This document shows, piece by piece, positions 19,141 through 27,156 of a stretch of 51,519 nt of DNA. This stretch comes from a virus (lineage: Duplodnaviria; Caudoviricetes). The position numbers were made by a program, and so were the translations under genes. Numbering within the stretch: position 1 is the stretch's first letter; every line of letters starts with the position of its first letter. Below the pieces are notes generated by a model, which saw only the letters and a list, made by a program, of their open reading frames with translations, ran no database searches and was not told the origin of the DNA. The stretch lies in IMG/VR virus record IMGVR_UViG_3300030085_002014, positions 1 through 51,519 of that record. One strand, written 5' to 3'.

Positions 19141-20596
19141 AGTTGACGAGGCATTACGTCAAGGCATACCGCCCTCTAAGATAGGATACTTTGCCTTTAC
19201 GCGCCAAGCGGCTTATGAAGCAGTAGAACGTGCGTGTCAGCGCTTTGGTCTTGATGAAACACAACTACCATGGTTTCGTACACTACACAGCTTTGCACTG
19301 CGTTTGTCAGGTATACGGGCCGAACAGGTGATGCAAAACGAGCACTATAAAGAACTATCCGATACGATTGGTATAAAACTTATGCCTGATAACGCTAACG
19401 GTGACGATAATATCTTTGATGCAAGCGCTAATGCTGATCCGTACCTTAGTATAATAAATCTGGCACGGCTGAAAAAAATACCGTTACGTAAGCAATATAA
19501 TCAAACCATTAGCAATATAGACTGGATGACCCTGTCCTACGTTGCACGGTCCTTACAAAGTTACAAAAGCCGACTAAAAGTGTATGATTTTACCGATATG
19601 CTAGAGATATTTGTAAAGGAGAGCTCAAAGTTCTGTCCGAACCTAAGTGTTAGTTTTATAGATGAGGCACAGGACTTGTCCCCACTACAATGGGACGTTG
19701 CGCATATTATAGAGAAATATTCTGATAAAATTTACTGTGCGGGAGACGATGACCAAGCTATATACAAGTGGGCGGGGGCTGATGTCGAGCACTTCATAGG
19801 ACTTAATGGGGGGTACGAGGTGCTTGAGCAGTCCTACCGCGTACCACAAAACATACATCCTCTGGCATCACGTATATCCAAACGCATACACAAGCGTGTA
19901 CCTAAGACCTATCTGCCCCGACAAGAAGATGGTTCCGTAAAACGTATCAATGACGTATCAGAAATAGACCTGTCCGAAGGAACGTGGCTTATACTTGCCC
20001 AAGCTAATTACTTTTTACATAGTCTTATCGATAATCTAAGAAGTCGTGGTCATTTGTTTGCGTACCACGGTAAGCGATCCATATCGCAAAAGATAAGCGA
20101 AGCGGTAAATGGATGGGAACAAATGCGTAAAGGACGGGAGATAACCGCCCCTGTGGCGCGTATAATCTACAGCTATATGTCTGTCGGCAATCGTGTAAAG
20201 CGTGGTTTTAAAAAAATACCGCATCTTATGGACGATGAAACCGTAACACTTGATGCGCTACAGCGCGATCATGGCTTGTTCGCCACTATCGATATGATAT
20301 GGCACGAAGCTATGGATAAGATACCCGACAGCGAAAGAGCCTACATCACCGCTCTACTCCGTCGCGGAGAGAAGTTTAATGGCACGCCCCGTATAACACT
20401 ATCCACGATCCACGGATCAAAGGGTGGTGAAGCCGAAAACGTTGTGCTATTTACTGATGTGTCCCCCGCCGCGTCGAAAGCGGCAGAACAGGACCCTGAC
20501 GAACTGCACCGTGTATTCTACGTCGGTGTGACACGAACTAAAAAAAACTTATATTTAATCGAGCCAGAAGACGCATTGAGGAGTTACAGCATATGA
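19073..20596 (+). CDS. UvrD/Rep-like SF1 helicase
   Basis: GPPGTGKT, IDEAQD, GDDDQAIY, STIHGSKGGE and YVGVTR motifs. Confidence 0.92.
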   Translation: MQTKIFRIYGPPGTGKTTALLNKVDEALRQGIPPSKIGYFAFTRQAAYEAVERACQRFGLDETQLPWFRTLHSFALRLSGIRAEQVMQNEHYKELSDTIGIKLMPDNANGDDNIFDASANADPYLSIINLARLKKIPLRKQYNQTISNIDWMTLSYVARSLQSYKSRLKVYDFTDMLEIFVKESSKFCPNLSVSFIDEAQDLSPLQWDVAHIIEKYSDKIYCAGDDDQAIYKWAGADVEHFIGLNGGYEVLEQSYRVPQNIHPLASRISKRIHKRVPKTYLPRQEDGSVKRINDVSEIDLSEGTWLILAQANYFLHSLIDNLRSRGHLFAYHGKRSISQKISEAVNGWEQMRKGREITAPVARIIYSYMSVGNRVKRGFKKIPHLMDDETVTLDALQRDHGLFATIDMIWHEAMDKIPDSERAYITALLRRGEKFNGTPRITLSTIHGSKGGEAENVVLFTDVSPAASKAAEQDPDELHRVFYVGVTRTKKNLYLIEPEDALRSYSI

Positions 20597-20847
20597 ACAG
20601 GAAGCAAATACTAGACAAAGCCGAAAAGATGATTAACGGCCCACGGGCCAAAGATTACGGCGATGCTCACGAGAATCACCAACGCATAGCCATGCTATGG
20701 TCGGTCTTGCTCAATAAAGAGGTCACGGTCGAACAAGTGTACCAATGTATGATAGCGGTCAAGCTGTCTCGCCTGATAGAAACACCAGACCATGAGGATA
20801 GTTGGCTTGATATCTGTGGCTACGGCGCTCTCGGAGGAGAAAAATAA
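20593..20847 (+). CDS. DUF6378-like phage protein
   Basis: GPRAKDYGD...RIAMLWS...KLSR...DSWLDICGY. Confidence 0.75.
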   Translation: MNRKQILDKAEKMINGPRAKDYGDAHENHQRIAMLWSVLLNKEVTVEQVYQCMIAVKLSRLIETPDHEDSWLDICGYGALGGEK

Positions 20848-22739
20848 TGTCTTTGCAGTTAGCGTTTGATACGCCGAAGTCGGAATGGCTACCGCCAACC
20901 GAGCTTCCTAACATCTTTGATGCCAGACAAATAGCCATCGATGTTGAAACACGCGATCCAAATATCAAAACACTCGGGGCGGGGTGGGCTACAGGGGACG
21001 GAGAAGTCGTGGGCTATGCCATTGCCGTCAGCGATTGGTCAGGCTATATACCGATCCGTCACAAGTATGGCGGTAATCTGGACGAGCGTATCGTAAACAA
21101 GTGGTTACAAAAAGTATTTGAGAGTCCCGCTGATAAAATTATGCACAACGCCCAGTATGATGCGGGATGGATACGGCGCATGGGCTTCACGCTCAACGGG
21201 CGAATCATCGATACCATGCTTATCGCGGCTCTGTTAGATGAAAACCGTTTTAGTTATAGTCTAAACGCTCTGGCCTACGATCATCTTGGTAAAGTAAAAT
21301 CTGAAAAAAATCTGGTAGAAGCGGCGCGTAGCTTTGGTTTGGACCCAAAAGGCGAGCTCTGGAAGATGCCCGCCATGTATGTGGGACCGTATGCCGAGGG
21401 GGACGCCGAGCTCACACTCGAACTCTGGAACTATCTGTCAGGACAATTGGGCAAAGAAGACCTATGGCCCATCGCTAATCTTGAGCTCGATCTACTGCCG
21501 TGCCTGATTGATATGACATGGCGCGGAGTACGGGTCGATCAGGACAAGGTCGAGCGCACACGCAACTCGCTACTCAAGCGCGAGAAAGACGTACTAAGCC
21601 ACATTAAGAAACTTGTGGGGCATGACATCGAAATATGGGCCGCCGCCTCTATAGCGAAAGCATTTGAGGCTCTCAGTATCGAATACCCACGGACCGAGAA
21701 AGGCGCACCATCGTTCACGAAACAATTCCTGAGCGATCATACACATGAACTTCCGCAGTTAATTGTCCAAGCCCGTAACCTAAACAAGACCTCTGGGACC
21801 TTTATCAATACAATTATGAAACATTGTCATTCGGATGGACGCATACACAGTCACATAAACCAGATACGATCCGACGACGGCGGTACCGTATCAGGACGCA
21901 TATCCATGAATAACCCGAACCTACAGCAGATCCCCGCACGGGATCCCGAGCTCGGTCCTATGATACGTAGTTTGTTTTTACCTGAAGAGGGCGAAAAGTG
22001 GGCTGCGATTGACTTCTCGCAACAGGAACCACGGATCTTGGTTCACTATGCGTATGTGTATGGCAAGAGTAAGGGGCTCACTTTGGATGGTGTAGAAGAA
22101 TTTGTCCACGGCTATCGGAACAATCCCGATATGGACTTTCATACGATGGTTGCAGAAATGGCACAGATACCGCGAAAACAAGCAAAGACTATAAACTTGG
22201 GCCTGATGTATGGTATGGGGGTCGGTAAAATGTCTGACCAACTGGATATCACGCTTGACGAAGCCAAGGACTTGGTCCGTCAGTATCATACACGGGTGCC
22301 GTTTGTTAAGATGCTGATGACGGGCGTGCAAAACAGATTGAATGACAAGAGCAGTAGCGGTTCTATTCGGTCGCTGTTAGGACGTAAATGTCGGTTTGAT
22401 CTGTGGGAGCCCGATACATTTGAGATGAACAAAGCGCTCCCGTACCGCGAAGCGGTGCAAGAGTATGGCGATACGACACGCCTGAAGCGTGCATATACCT
22501 ACAAGGCCCTGAATAGATTAATTCAGGCATCAGCGGCTGATATGACCAAAAAAGCTATGGTTGATATATATAAAACAGGCCGTATACCGCTTATACAGAT
22601 CCACGATGAGATAGCTATGTCCGTAAAAGACATAAAAGATGCAGAAACTATTTCGCAGATGATGGAAACTGCTGTAGACTTAGAGATACCGAGCAAGTGT
22701 GATATTGAGGTTGGCCCCGACTGGGGAACTGCCAAATAA
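20847..22739 (+). CDS. polA: Family A DNA polymerase with 3'-5' exonuclease (Leu762 type)
   Basis: Exonuclease motifs DVET and HNAQYD; polymerase motifs DFSQQEPR, KTINLGLMYG and IHDE. Confidence 0.95.
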   Translation: MSLQLAFDTPKSEWLPPTELPNIFDARQIAIDVETRDPNIKTLGAGWATGDGEVVGYAIAVSDWSGYIPIRHKYGGNLDERIVNKWLQKVFESPADKIMHNAQYDAGWIRRMGFTLNGRIIDTMLIAALLDENRFSYSLNALAYDHLGKVKSEKNLVEAARSFGLDPKGELWKMPAMYVGPYAEGDAELTLELWNYLSGQLGKEDLWPIANLELDLLPCLIDMTWRGVRVDQDKVERTRNSLLKREKDVLSHIKKLVGHDIEIWAAASIAKAFEALSIEYPRTEKGAPSFTKQFLSDHTHELPQLIVQARNLNKTSGTFINTIMKHCHSDGRIHSHINQIRSDDGGTVSGRISMNNPNLQQIPARDPELGPMIRSLFLPEEGEKWAAIDFSQQEPRILVHYAYVYGKSKGLTLDGVEEFVHGYRNNPDMDFHTMVAEMAQIPRKQAKTINLGLMYGMGVGKMSDQLDITLDEAKDLVRQYHTRVPFVKMLMTGVQNRLNDKSSSGSIRSLLGRKCRFDLWEPDTFEMNKALPYREAVQEYGDTTRLKRAYTYKALNRLIQASAADMTKKAMVDIYKTGRIPLIQIHDEIAMSVKDIKDAETISQMMETAVDLEIPSKCDIEVGPDWGTAK

Positions 22740-22780
22740 TTTTTTACTGCTAACACTTTTTCGGTTCTTTCCTCCCACCT

Positions 22781-22805
22781 AGCCCCGCTTGGCGGGGCTT
22801 TTTTT
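22781..22805 (+). terminator. Rho-independent terminator after polA
   Basis: AGCCCCGC-TTG-GCGGGGCT followed by a T tract. Confidence 0.85.
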
Positions 22806-22806
22806 G

Positions 22807-22835
22807 TTGACAAGTTATATATTATCTTATACGTT
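22807..22835 (+). promoter_or_regulatory. sigma70-type promoter
   Basis: TTGACA-N17-TACGTT. Confidence 0.6.
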
Positions 22836-22841
22836 CTAAGG

Positions 22842-22905
22842 GTAGCGGTCTGGTTTATATCAGAACGAGTGCCTTTTAGACTCCATGCTAGAAGGCACTC
22901 CAACA
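22842..22905 (+). ncRNA. Candidate small RNA with a 13-bp hairpin and ACUCCAUG loop
   Basis: No ORF between two promoters. Stem 22867-22879/22888-22900; the loop is complementary to the (U)AUGGAGU RBS. Confidence 0.4.
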
Positions 22906-22913
22906 AAAAACCC

Positions 22914-22942
22914 TTGCATTTTTACATATAATCTTATATAGT
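22914..22942 (+). promoter_or_regulatory. sigma70-type promoter of the RHH gene
   Basis: TTGCAT-N17-TATAGT with TCTTATA in the spacer. Confidence 0.65.
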
Positions 22943-22970
22943 CCTGTAAGATACTATATAAGGACACCTT

Positions 22971-23129
22971 ATGGACACAGAAAAATGGAAATCGGTCCTC
23001 GTTCCCAAGGAAGTTTACGAGGAAATCAAGCGAACAAGCTCGGATCGCGGACGGACTATCAGCGGTCAGCTAAAAATTATCTGGCAAATCTATAATAAAC
23101 TGAAAGAGAAGCTTGACCCTAAGCCTTGA
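22971..23129 (+). CDS. 52-aa ribbon-helix-helix (Arc/CopG-like) regulator (absent from ORF track)
   Basis: MDTEKWKSVLVPKEVYEEIKRTSSDRGRTISGQLKIIW...: beta-strand (KSVLV), helix, GRT turn, helix. AAGGA RBS. Confidence 0.7.
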   Translation: MDTEKWKSVLVPKEVYEEIKRTSSDRGRTISGQLKIIWQIYNKLKEKLDPKP

Positions 23130-23189
23130 CTAAAAAAAATTTGGCTATAGTATGGGATAAATTATATATATTAATATAGAGGAGAGAGC

Positions 23190-23423
23190 ATGACGCCTGA
23201 GAGCATATATTTTATTTTATATCTTATAACGGTACCCGATATCGAGAGCGATCAACGAGCCATACATCGCATTTACTTTGAAGATTTTGAGCATTGTAAT
23301 CACTACGCAGAGATACTAGATCAACGCTATGATCCTGTTGTCCGTAAACCAAATTGTGTTAAAGTAGATAATTATATAAGAGAAGTACGCATACCGTTAC
23401 CCAAGCCCGAGTTTATGAAATGA
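23190..23423 (+). CDS. Hypothetical protein
   Basis: AGGAG RBS; upstream promoter TTGACT(23126)-N16-TAGTAT. Confidence 0.65.
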   Translation: MTPESIYFILYLITVPDIESDQRAIHRIYFEDFEHCNHYAEILDQRYDPVVRKPNCVKVDNYIREVRIPLPKPEFMK

Positions 23424-23680
23424 AGTTAGAAGATATGTTTCACATTAATAATTTTCTTAAAAAAACAAGCACAGACCACCAGATCCGTCACTTCAGCAAG
23501 GAAGTGATAGATAAATTTAAGAATATGACACGCCGTAAAAAGAAAAAAGAATTAGATTATTCTAAGATTTTTGATGATGAAGAAACAATTAAACGTATTC
23601 GGGCCGATATAAAAAAGGGTTTTATAACGCCCGACAGTTTTAACAATAAAAAACAAATAAAAAACAAAAAAGACTTGTAA
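23420..23680 (+). CDS. Lys-rich hypothetical protein
   Basis: ATGA coupling to the upstream ORF. Confidence 0.55.
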   Translation: MKLEDMFHINNFLKKTSTDHQIRHFSKEVIDKFKNMTRRKKKKELDYSKIFDDEETIKRIRADIKKGFITPDSFNNKKQIKNKKDL

Positions 23681-23703
23681 AGTCCTATATATTCATATAT
23701 AAC
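23675..23703 (+). promoter_or_regulatory. sigma70-type promoter for a short non-coding unit
   Basis: TTGTAA-N17-TATAAC. Confidence 0.55.
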
Positions 23704-23709
23704 TCTATA

Positions 23710-23778
23710 TGAAAGGGTTGTCATAGGCCCTATCCCGTAGTTATGAGGAGCCCTCCAGAGATCTGGGGGGCTTTTTTT
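23710..23778 (+). ncRNA. Candidate ~70-nt sRNA (hairpin, single-stranded seed, terminator)
   Basis: Own promoter, 5' hairpin 23714-23731, seed UCCCGUAGUUA 23733-23743, terminator 23749-23778; no complete ORF inside. Confidence 0.5.
23749..23778 (+). terminator. Rho-independent terminator
   Basis: AGCCCTCCAG-AGAT-CTGGGGGGCT followed by a T tract. Confidence 0.8.
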
Positions 23779-23837
23779 GTGTTGACAGGCCATTTTATCT
23801 GTGATTATATGGGACTATGTCAACTACAGGAGAAACT

Positions 23838-24122
23838 ATGGATAAAGAAATACAGGAAAAGATTATTGCCACCGCTCGTGAGTTCAAAGACCAAGGCGAG
23901 TGCGATATATGGCACACTATCTGGCATGACGGGGTGCCTTATGATATGCACCTCATGCTCGATCAATCCCTTGAGGATAAGAAATGGGAGTATGAAGTGC
24001 TTGTCTATCCCGTCTTGCAAGATGAAAACGGCGAGTGGACACGCGGTGTTGTTAACGATCCTAAGCATTGCGATATACTTCTATTTAAACACACCTTTCC
24101 AGACAGAGGAGAATGGCGATGA
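23838..24122 (+). CDS. Acidic hypothetical early protein
   Basis: TTGACA at 23782 and AGGAG RBS before ATG 23838. Confidence 0.7.
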   Translation: MDKEIQEKIIATAREFKDQGECDIWHTIWHDGVPYDMHLMLDQSLEDKKWEYEVLVYPVLQDENGEWTRGVVNDPKHCDILLFKHTFPDRGEWR

Positions 24123-24481
24123 AAAAAGTATGGGTATTTAAATTTAGGGAAAGCGGTGACGAAGATGATGTGGTCGTGTTTGACTCCAAGCCGTCCCGAG
24201 AACAAATGGACGCGGTGTTGTTAGAGCATCTCGATCAGTTGTTTTTTGATAACAAAACGCACCCCGATCAAGAACGGGCTAGATCAAATGACGATAACTT
24301 TGAGTATCTGTATTACGAGGATCTTTGGGAAAGAGAAGTGCTTAGTGGGTCTGAAGATAAAAAATTACCGCAATGGCTACAATGGAAACTAGCGGAGCTG
24401 TACGAGATGGCAAAGAAGATCGATCCCGATACAGCGTCCGTCATAAGCATGGCTGAGGATACGTTGAGGAAAAGCAAATGA
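24113..24481 (+). CDS. Acidic hypothetical protein
   Basis: GAGGAG RBS, overlapping-gene operon structure. Confidence 0.7.
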   Translation: MAMKKVWVFKFRESGDEDDVVVFDSKPSREQMDAVLLEHLDQLFFDNKTHPDQERARSNDDNFEYLYYEDLWEREVLSGSEDKKLPQWLQWKLAELYEMAKKIDPDTASVISMAEDTLRKSK

Positions 24482-24675
24482 TTACATTTAAAGGTGAACT
24501 GCCCATGGACCACGAAGTAAGCCTAACTCCTTGGGCAGATAGATGGACAAAGGAGATCCAAGAGGAGAATGCCGAACTTGACTTGGGAGTGGGTTGGGAC
24601 TCTTGTAACGAAACTGCTTGGTTGGAACTCGAGTGGCATTTTGAAGACTATAATCTTGAAATGGTGAGGATATAA
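24478..24675 (+). CDS. Acidic, Trp-rich hypothetical protein
   Basis: ATGA coupling, GAGG RBS. Confidence 0.65.
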   Translation: MITFKGELPMDHEVSLTPWADRWTKEIQEENAELDLGVGWDSCNETAWLELEWHFEDYNLEMVRI

Positions 24676-25019
24676 TGACAGTACGGGTACATCTACAAAG
24701 CGAAACGGGCTCTTGGTCCGAGGAAATCGGAACGTTTACGTGCGAGGAGTATTACGAGGTCTGCATCACGGCCCTCGAAACATGGGCCAAGAAGAAAAAC
24801 AATATAATTACAGAGAGTTTGGAAGAACCGCCAAGCGAACTCAGGATAGCTAAGAAAGTTTTACTGAGCTTGATAGATGACTCTTACGACACGCTCCGTA
24901 ATTGTCCCGAGGCCCGACAAGATCCGTCCAACATACACGCCACAGTAAAAGAACTAAAAGGCGCGATTGACGAAATCGATAGACATATTAGTATGGAAGA
25001 CGATGGAGCAGATACTTAG
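24675..25019 (+). CDS. Hypothetical protein
   Basis: TAATG coupling, GAGG RBS. Confidence 0.7.
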   Translation: MTVRVHLQSETGSWSEEIGTFTCEEYYEVCITALETWAKKKNNIITESLEEPPSELRIAKKVLLSLIDDSYDTLRNCPEARQDPSNIHATVKELKGAIDEIDRHISMEDDGADT

Positions 25020-25194
25020 ATATATAATTGAGTACGGGGAGCGCGGCTTGCTCCCCGATGATGACGAAACGAGAAAGATAATTAAAATAGCCAAATATGT
25101 ACAGCACACTAACCTAGTTTATATAGCGCAAGACTTTGAAAATCTTGCCGATATGATACTGCACGAGGACCGAGATGGATATAAGAAGCACTAA
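25003..25194 (+). CDS. Hypothetical protein
   Basis: ATG 25003 (MEQILRY...), overlaps both neighbours. Confidence 0.55.
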   Translation: MEQILRYIIEYGERGLLPDDDETRKIIKIAKYVQHTNLVYIAQDFENLADMILHEDRDGYKKH

Positions 25195-25477
25195 GATACC
25201 GCGCACGGCAACAGATAAAACAAGCATTAGACAATCTAAATACCGCGTAAGACGTATCGGTAATTATAATATAGAAGCAATCAAACACATGGGTAAGCTC
25301 AGTTTGAAAATCGAAACTATCACAGATCAGGTAGAAAAGATGATATTGGATTATAAAAAGATTAATATTACTAGTCCGCAGATCTCGGCTCACGAAGCGT
25401 CGTACAATATCGGGGCCGTAGAAGCGCTCGAAAAAGTTTTAGAAAATTTAAAAAAAGATTGTAAGGATTTTGGTTGA
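25175..25477 (+). CDS. Hypothetical protein
   Basis: GAGG RBS, operon context. Confidence 0.55.
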   Translation: MDIRSTKIPRTATDKTSIRQSKYRVRRIGNYNIEAIKHMGKLSLKIETITDQVEKMILDYKKINITSPQISAHEASYNIGAVEALEKVLENLKKDCKDFG

Positions 25478-25655
25478 CGCATTCGTCATTAAAGAAGTAG
25501 TCGGGCCTGACAAAAAGGTCCGCTACTACATAGAGGGGGCGGGTCACCCTATTACAAACAAGGTCGATAATCGAAAAGACGCGGAACAAATGCTCAAGAA
25601 ACAAATTGAGTTCGGAGATGGTCGTTTCCGTAATTACTGGCATTTGTTGAAATAA
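25470..25655 (+). CDS. Hypothetical protein (TTG start)
   Basis: AAGGA RBS before TTG. Confidence 0.55.
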   Translation: MVDAFVIKEVVGPDKKVRYYIEGAGHPITNKVDNRKDAEQMLKKQIEFGDGRFRNYWHLLK

Positions 25656-25900
25656 CGCTTCTTATATATAGAGAATAAATTAAGTTTTTATTTTTTAAAA
25701 ATATTGGCGGGATAGGCGGTATGGCGGGATAAACGGCCTGAAGTGCCTTATTTATATATATATAAGCTATACCAGTAGTATAACGTTAGTAAAAACAAAG
25801 GTGGTATAGTTAGTTAATTGCCAAAAGGTCTTATAGGGGTCTGAAAATTTTTTTTATTATTTTTTTTCTGTAGCTATATATATAGGCTGAATAAACAATA
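25656..25900. other. AT-rich non-coding region with short GC-rich repeats; candidate replication origin
   Basis: TGGCGGGATA twice plus GGCGGTAT and GGTGGTAT variants, TATATA tracts and long T runs. Confidence 0.4.
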
Positions 25901-25904
25901 GGGG

Positions 25905-25934
25905 TTGACAGCCTCATATAAAGTCCCATATACT
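25905..25934 (+). promoter_or_regulatory. sigma70-type early promoter
   Basis: TTGACA-N18-TATACT with TCCCATA overlapping the spacer and -10. Confidence 0.7.
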
Positions 25935-25963
25935 GGTCCGTATTAACCACAATGGAGAATACT

Positions 25964-26242
25964 ATGACGACTTTAAAAGAAGATCTTAGCAAAGCCTTTT
26001 TCGATAGTAAGGATTTGCAAGAAACAATAAACAAAACAATACTTACTGATCGCCACTATGATGAAGTTTATCCACTTAAAGAGATTTTCCGTAAGCACGA
26101 GGGAACGACAGTTGAGGGTGATCTTATTGGCGATGTCGTCGATGATTTAGTCGAAACTATTGAAAGAGTATCTACTAAAGTAGACGATATTATTTTATTG
26201 GTACAAAAGTTAGAAAAGGAGTTGGGCATTGAAACCAATTAA
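25964..26242 (+). CDS. Hypothetical early protein
   Basis: ATGGAG RBS before ATG 25964. Confidence 0.7.
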   Translation: MTTLKEDLSKAFFDSKDLQETINKTILTDRHYDEVYPLKEIFRKHEGTTVEGDLIGDVVDDLVETIERVSTKVDDIILLVQKLEKELGIETN

Positions 26243-26627
26243 ACTTGTCGAGGGCGAGAAGCCTGAAGTGGATAAATGGCTTAACAGCGTTTTGAAACAA
26301 AGCACCGATACCGAGAGATTGCTGTGGGCGTTGAAGCGTTGGGCAGATAATATGGACGAAGATCATCTTGGTCATGGTGGGGATCTTATTCGAGAGTTGT
26401 TTGATTTGTTCTTTACAAAAGAACCCAAAATGTTCTTGACAGATAAGCAGTTGTCCGAGATTGCCAAAGCGGGGTGGAAACCTTTGTTAGGTAAAACGGG
26501 TGTCGCTTGGTTTGGCGGAAAGACACACACCACTTTGGCAAATCAAGTTCCTTCCGAGGATTTGGAAAACTTTGAGGATCTCAACTTTCTTGTCGTTGCA
26601 TATCAGAGGGCTAGTGAGGATGGGTAA
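26229..26627 (+). CDS. Hypothetical early protein
   Basis: AAGGAG RBS, TTG start. Confidence 0.65.
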   Translation: MKPIKLVEGEKPEVDKWLNSVLKQSTDTERLLWALKRWADNMDEDHLGHGGDLIRELFDLFFTKEPKMFLTDKQLSEIAKAGWKPLLGKTGVAWFGGKTHTTLANQVPSEDLENFEDLNFLVVAYQRASEDG

Positions 26628-26988
26628 GAAGTACAACAGCGCCACTTGGTTTGGTTTTTCGATTTATCACAACGAAAAGGATGGGTCGGATATTAGTGCT
26701 GAACAAATAAGGGCGAAACTTAAAATTGCATTATCTTGTGGTGACGATCAGTTAAGAGATATGGTTTTAGGTAATCTTTCTGATACTGTTAAAAATATGC
26801 ACTACAAAGAAACCATAAAGTGTGGCGGATGTGAACAAACTGCCGAGATTGGGAAAGACAGTTTTTCAAAAGAAGATTGGACCTATTCTTGGATTGATAT
26901 CCCGCTGTGTGATGATTGTTATACCGAGGTTCGAGTAATGATAGCCGATAGGTTCGATATTAAGAACTGGGGTCGGATAGATTTATGA
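26620..26988 (+). CDS. Hypothetical protein with CxxC...CxxC zinc-binding motif
   Basis: Start MGKKYNSATW; CGGC...CDDC. Confidence 0.65.
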   Translation: MGKKYNSATWFGFSIYHNEKDGSDISAEQIRAKLKIALSCGDDQLRDMVLGNLSDTVKNMHYKETIKCGGCEQTAEIGKDSFSKEDWTYSWIDIPLCDDCYTEVRVMIADRFDIKNWGRIDL

Positions 26989-27004
26989 AAGGAGGTGAGT
27001 AGAA

Positions 27005-27106
27005 ATTTTTATATTTAGGTTTATTGGATGGTTGCTATACGGGTCCGAGTACGATGAATTAGAACGAAGAGCCAACCGCCGTCCAACAAGGAAAAGACGT
27101 AGATAA
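27005..27106 (+). CDS. 33-aa peptide with probable ATT start (absent from ORF track)
   Basis: Strong SD AAGGAGGTGA ending 26998, 6 nt before ATT. (M)FIFRFIGWLLYGSEYDELERRANRRPTRKRRR*, followed by a terminator. Confidence 0.55.
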   Translation: MFIFRFIGWLLYGSEYDELERRANRRPTRKRRR

Positions 27107-27111
27107 TCTCA

Positions 27112-27156
27112 GGCCCCGTTAAAAATGTTGACGGGGCTTTTTCTTTGGTTTAGTAT
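27112..27156 (+). terminator. Terminator hairpin with the next promoter embedded
   Basis: GCCCCGTTAA...TTGACGGGGC plus T tract; TTGACG(27128)-N17-TAGTAT. Confidence 0.75.

Noticed and set aside
22867-22910. Hairpin as an intrinsic terminator
   Set aside because: No U-tract follows on either strand (the A-run lies 3' on the plus strand), so I treated it as a candidate RNA element instead.
23743-24141. 132-aa plus-strand ORF
   Set aside because: It runs through a terminator and a promoter. The overlapping frame starting at 23838 has a proper RBS and composition.
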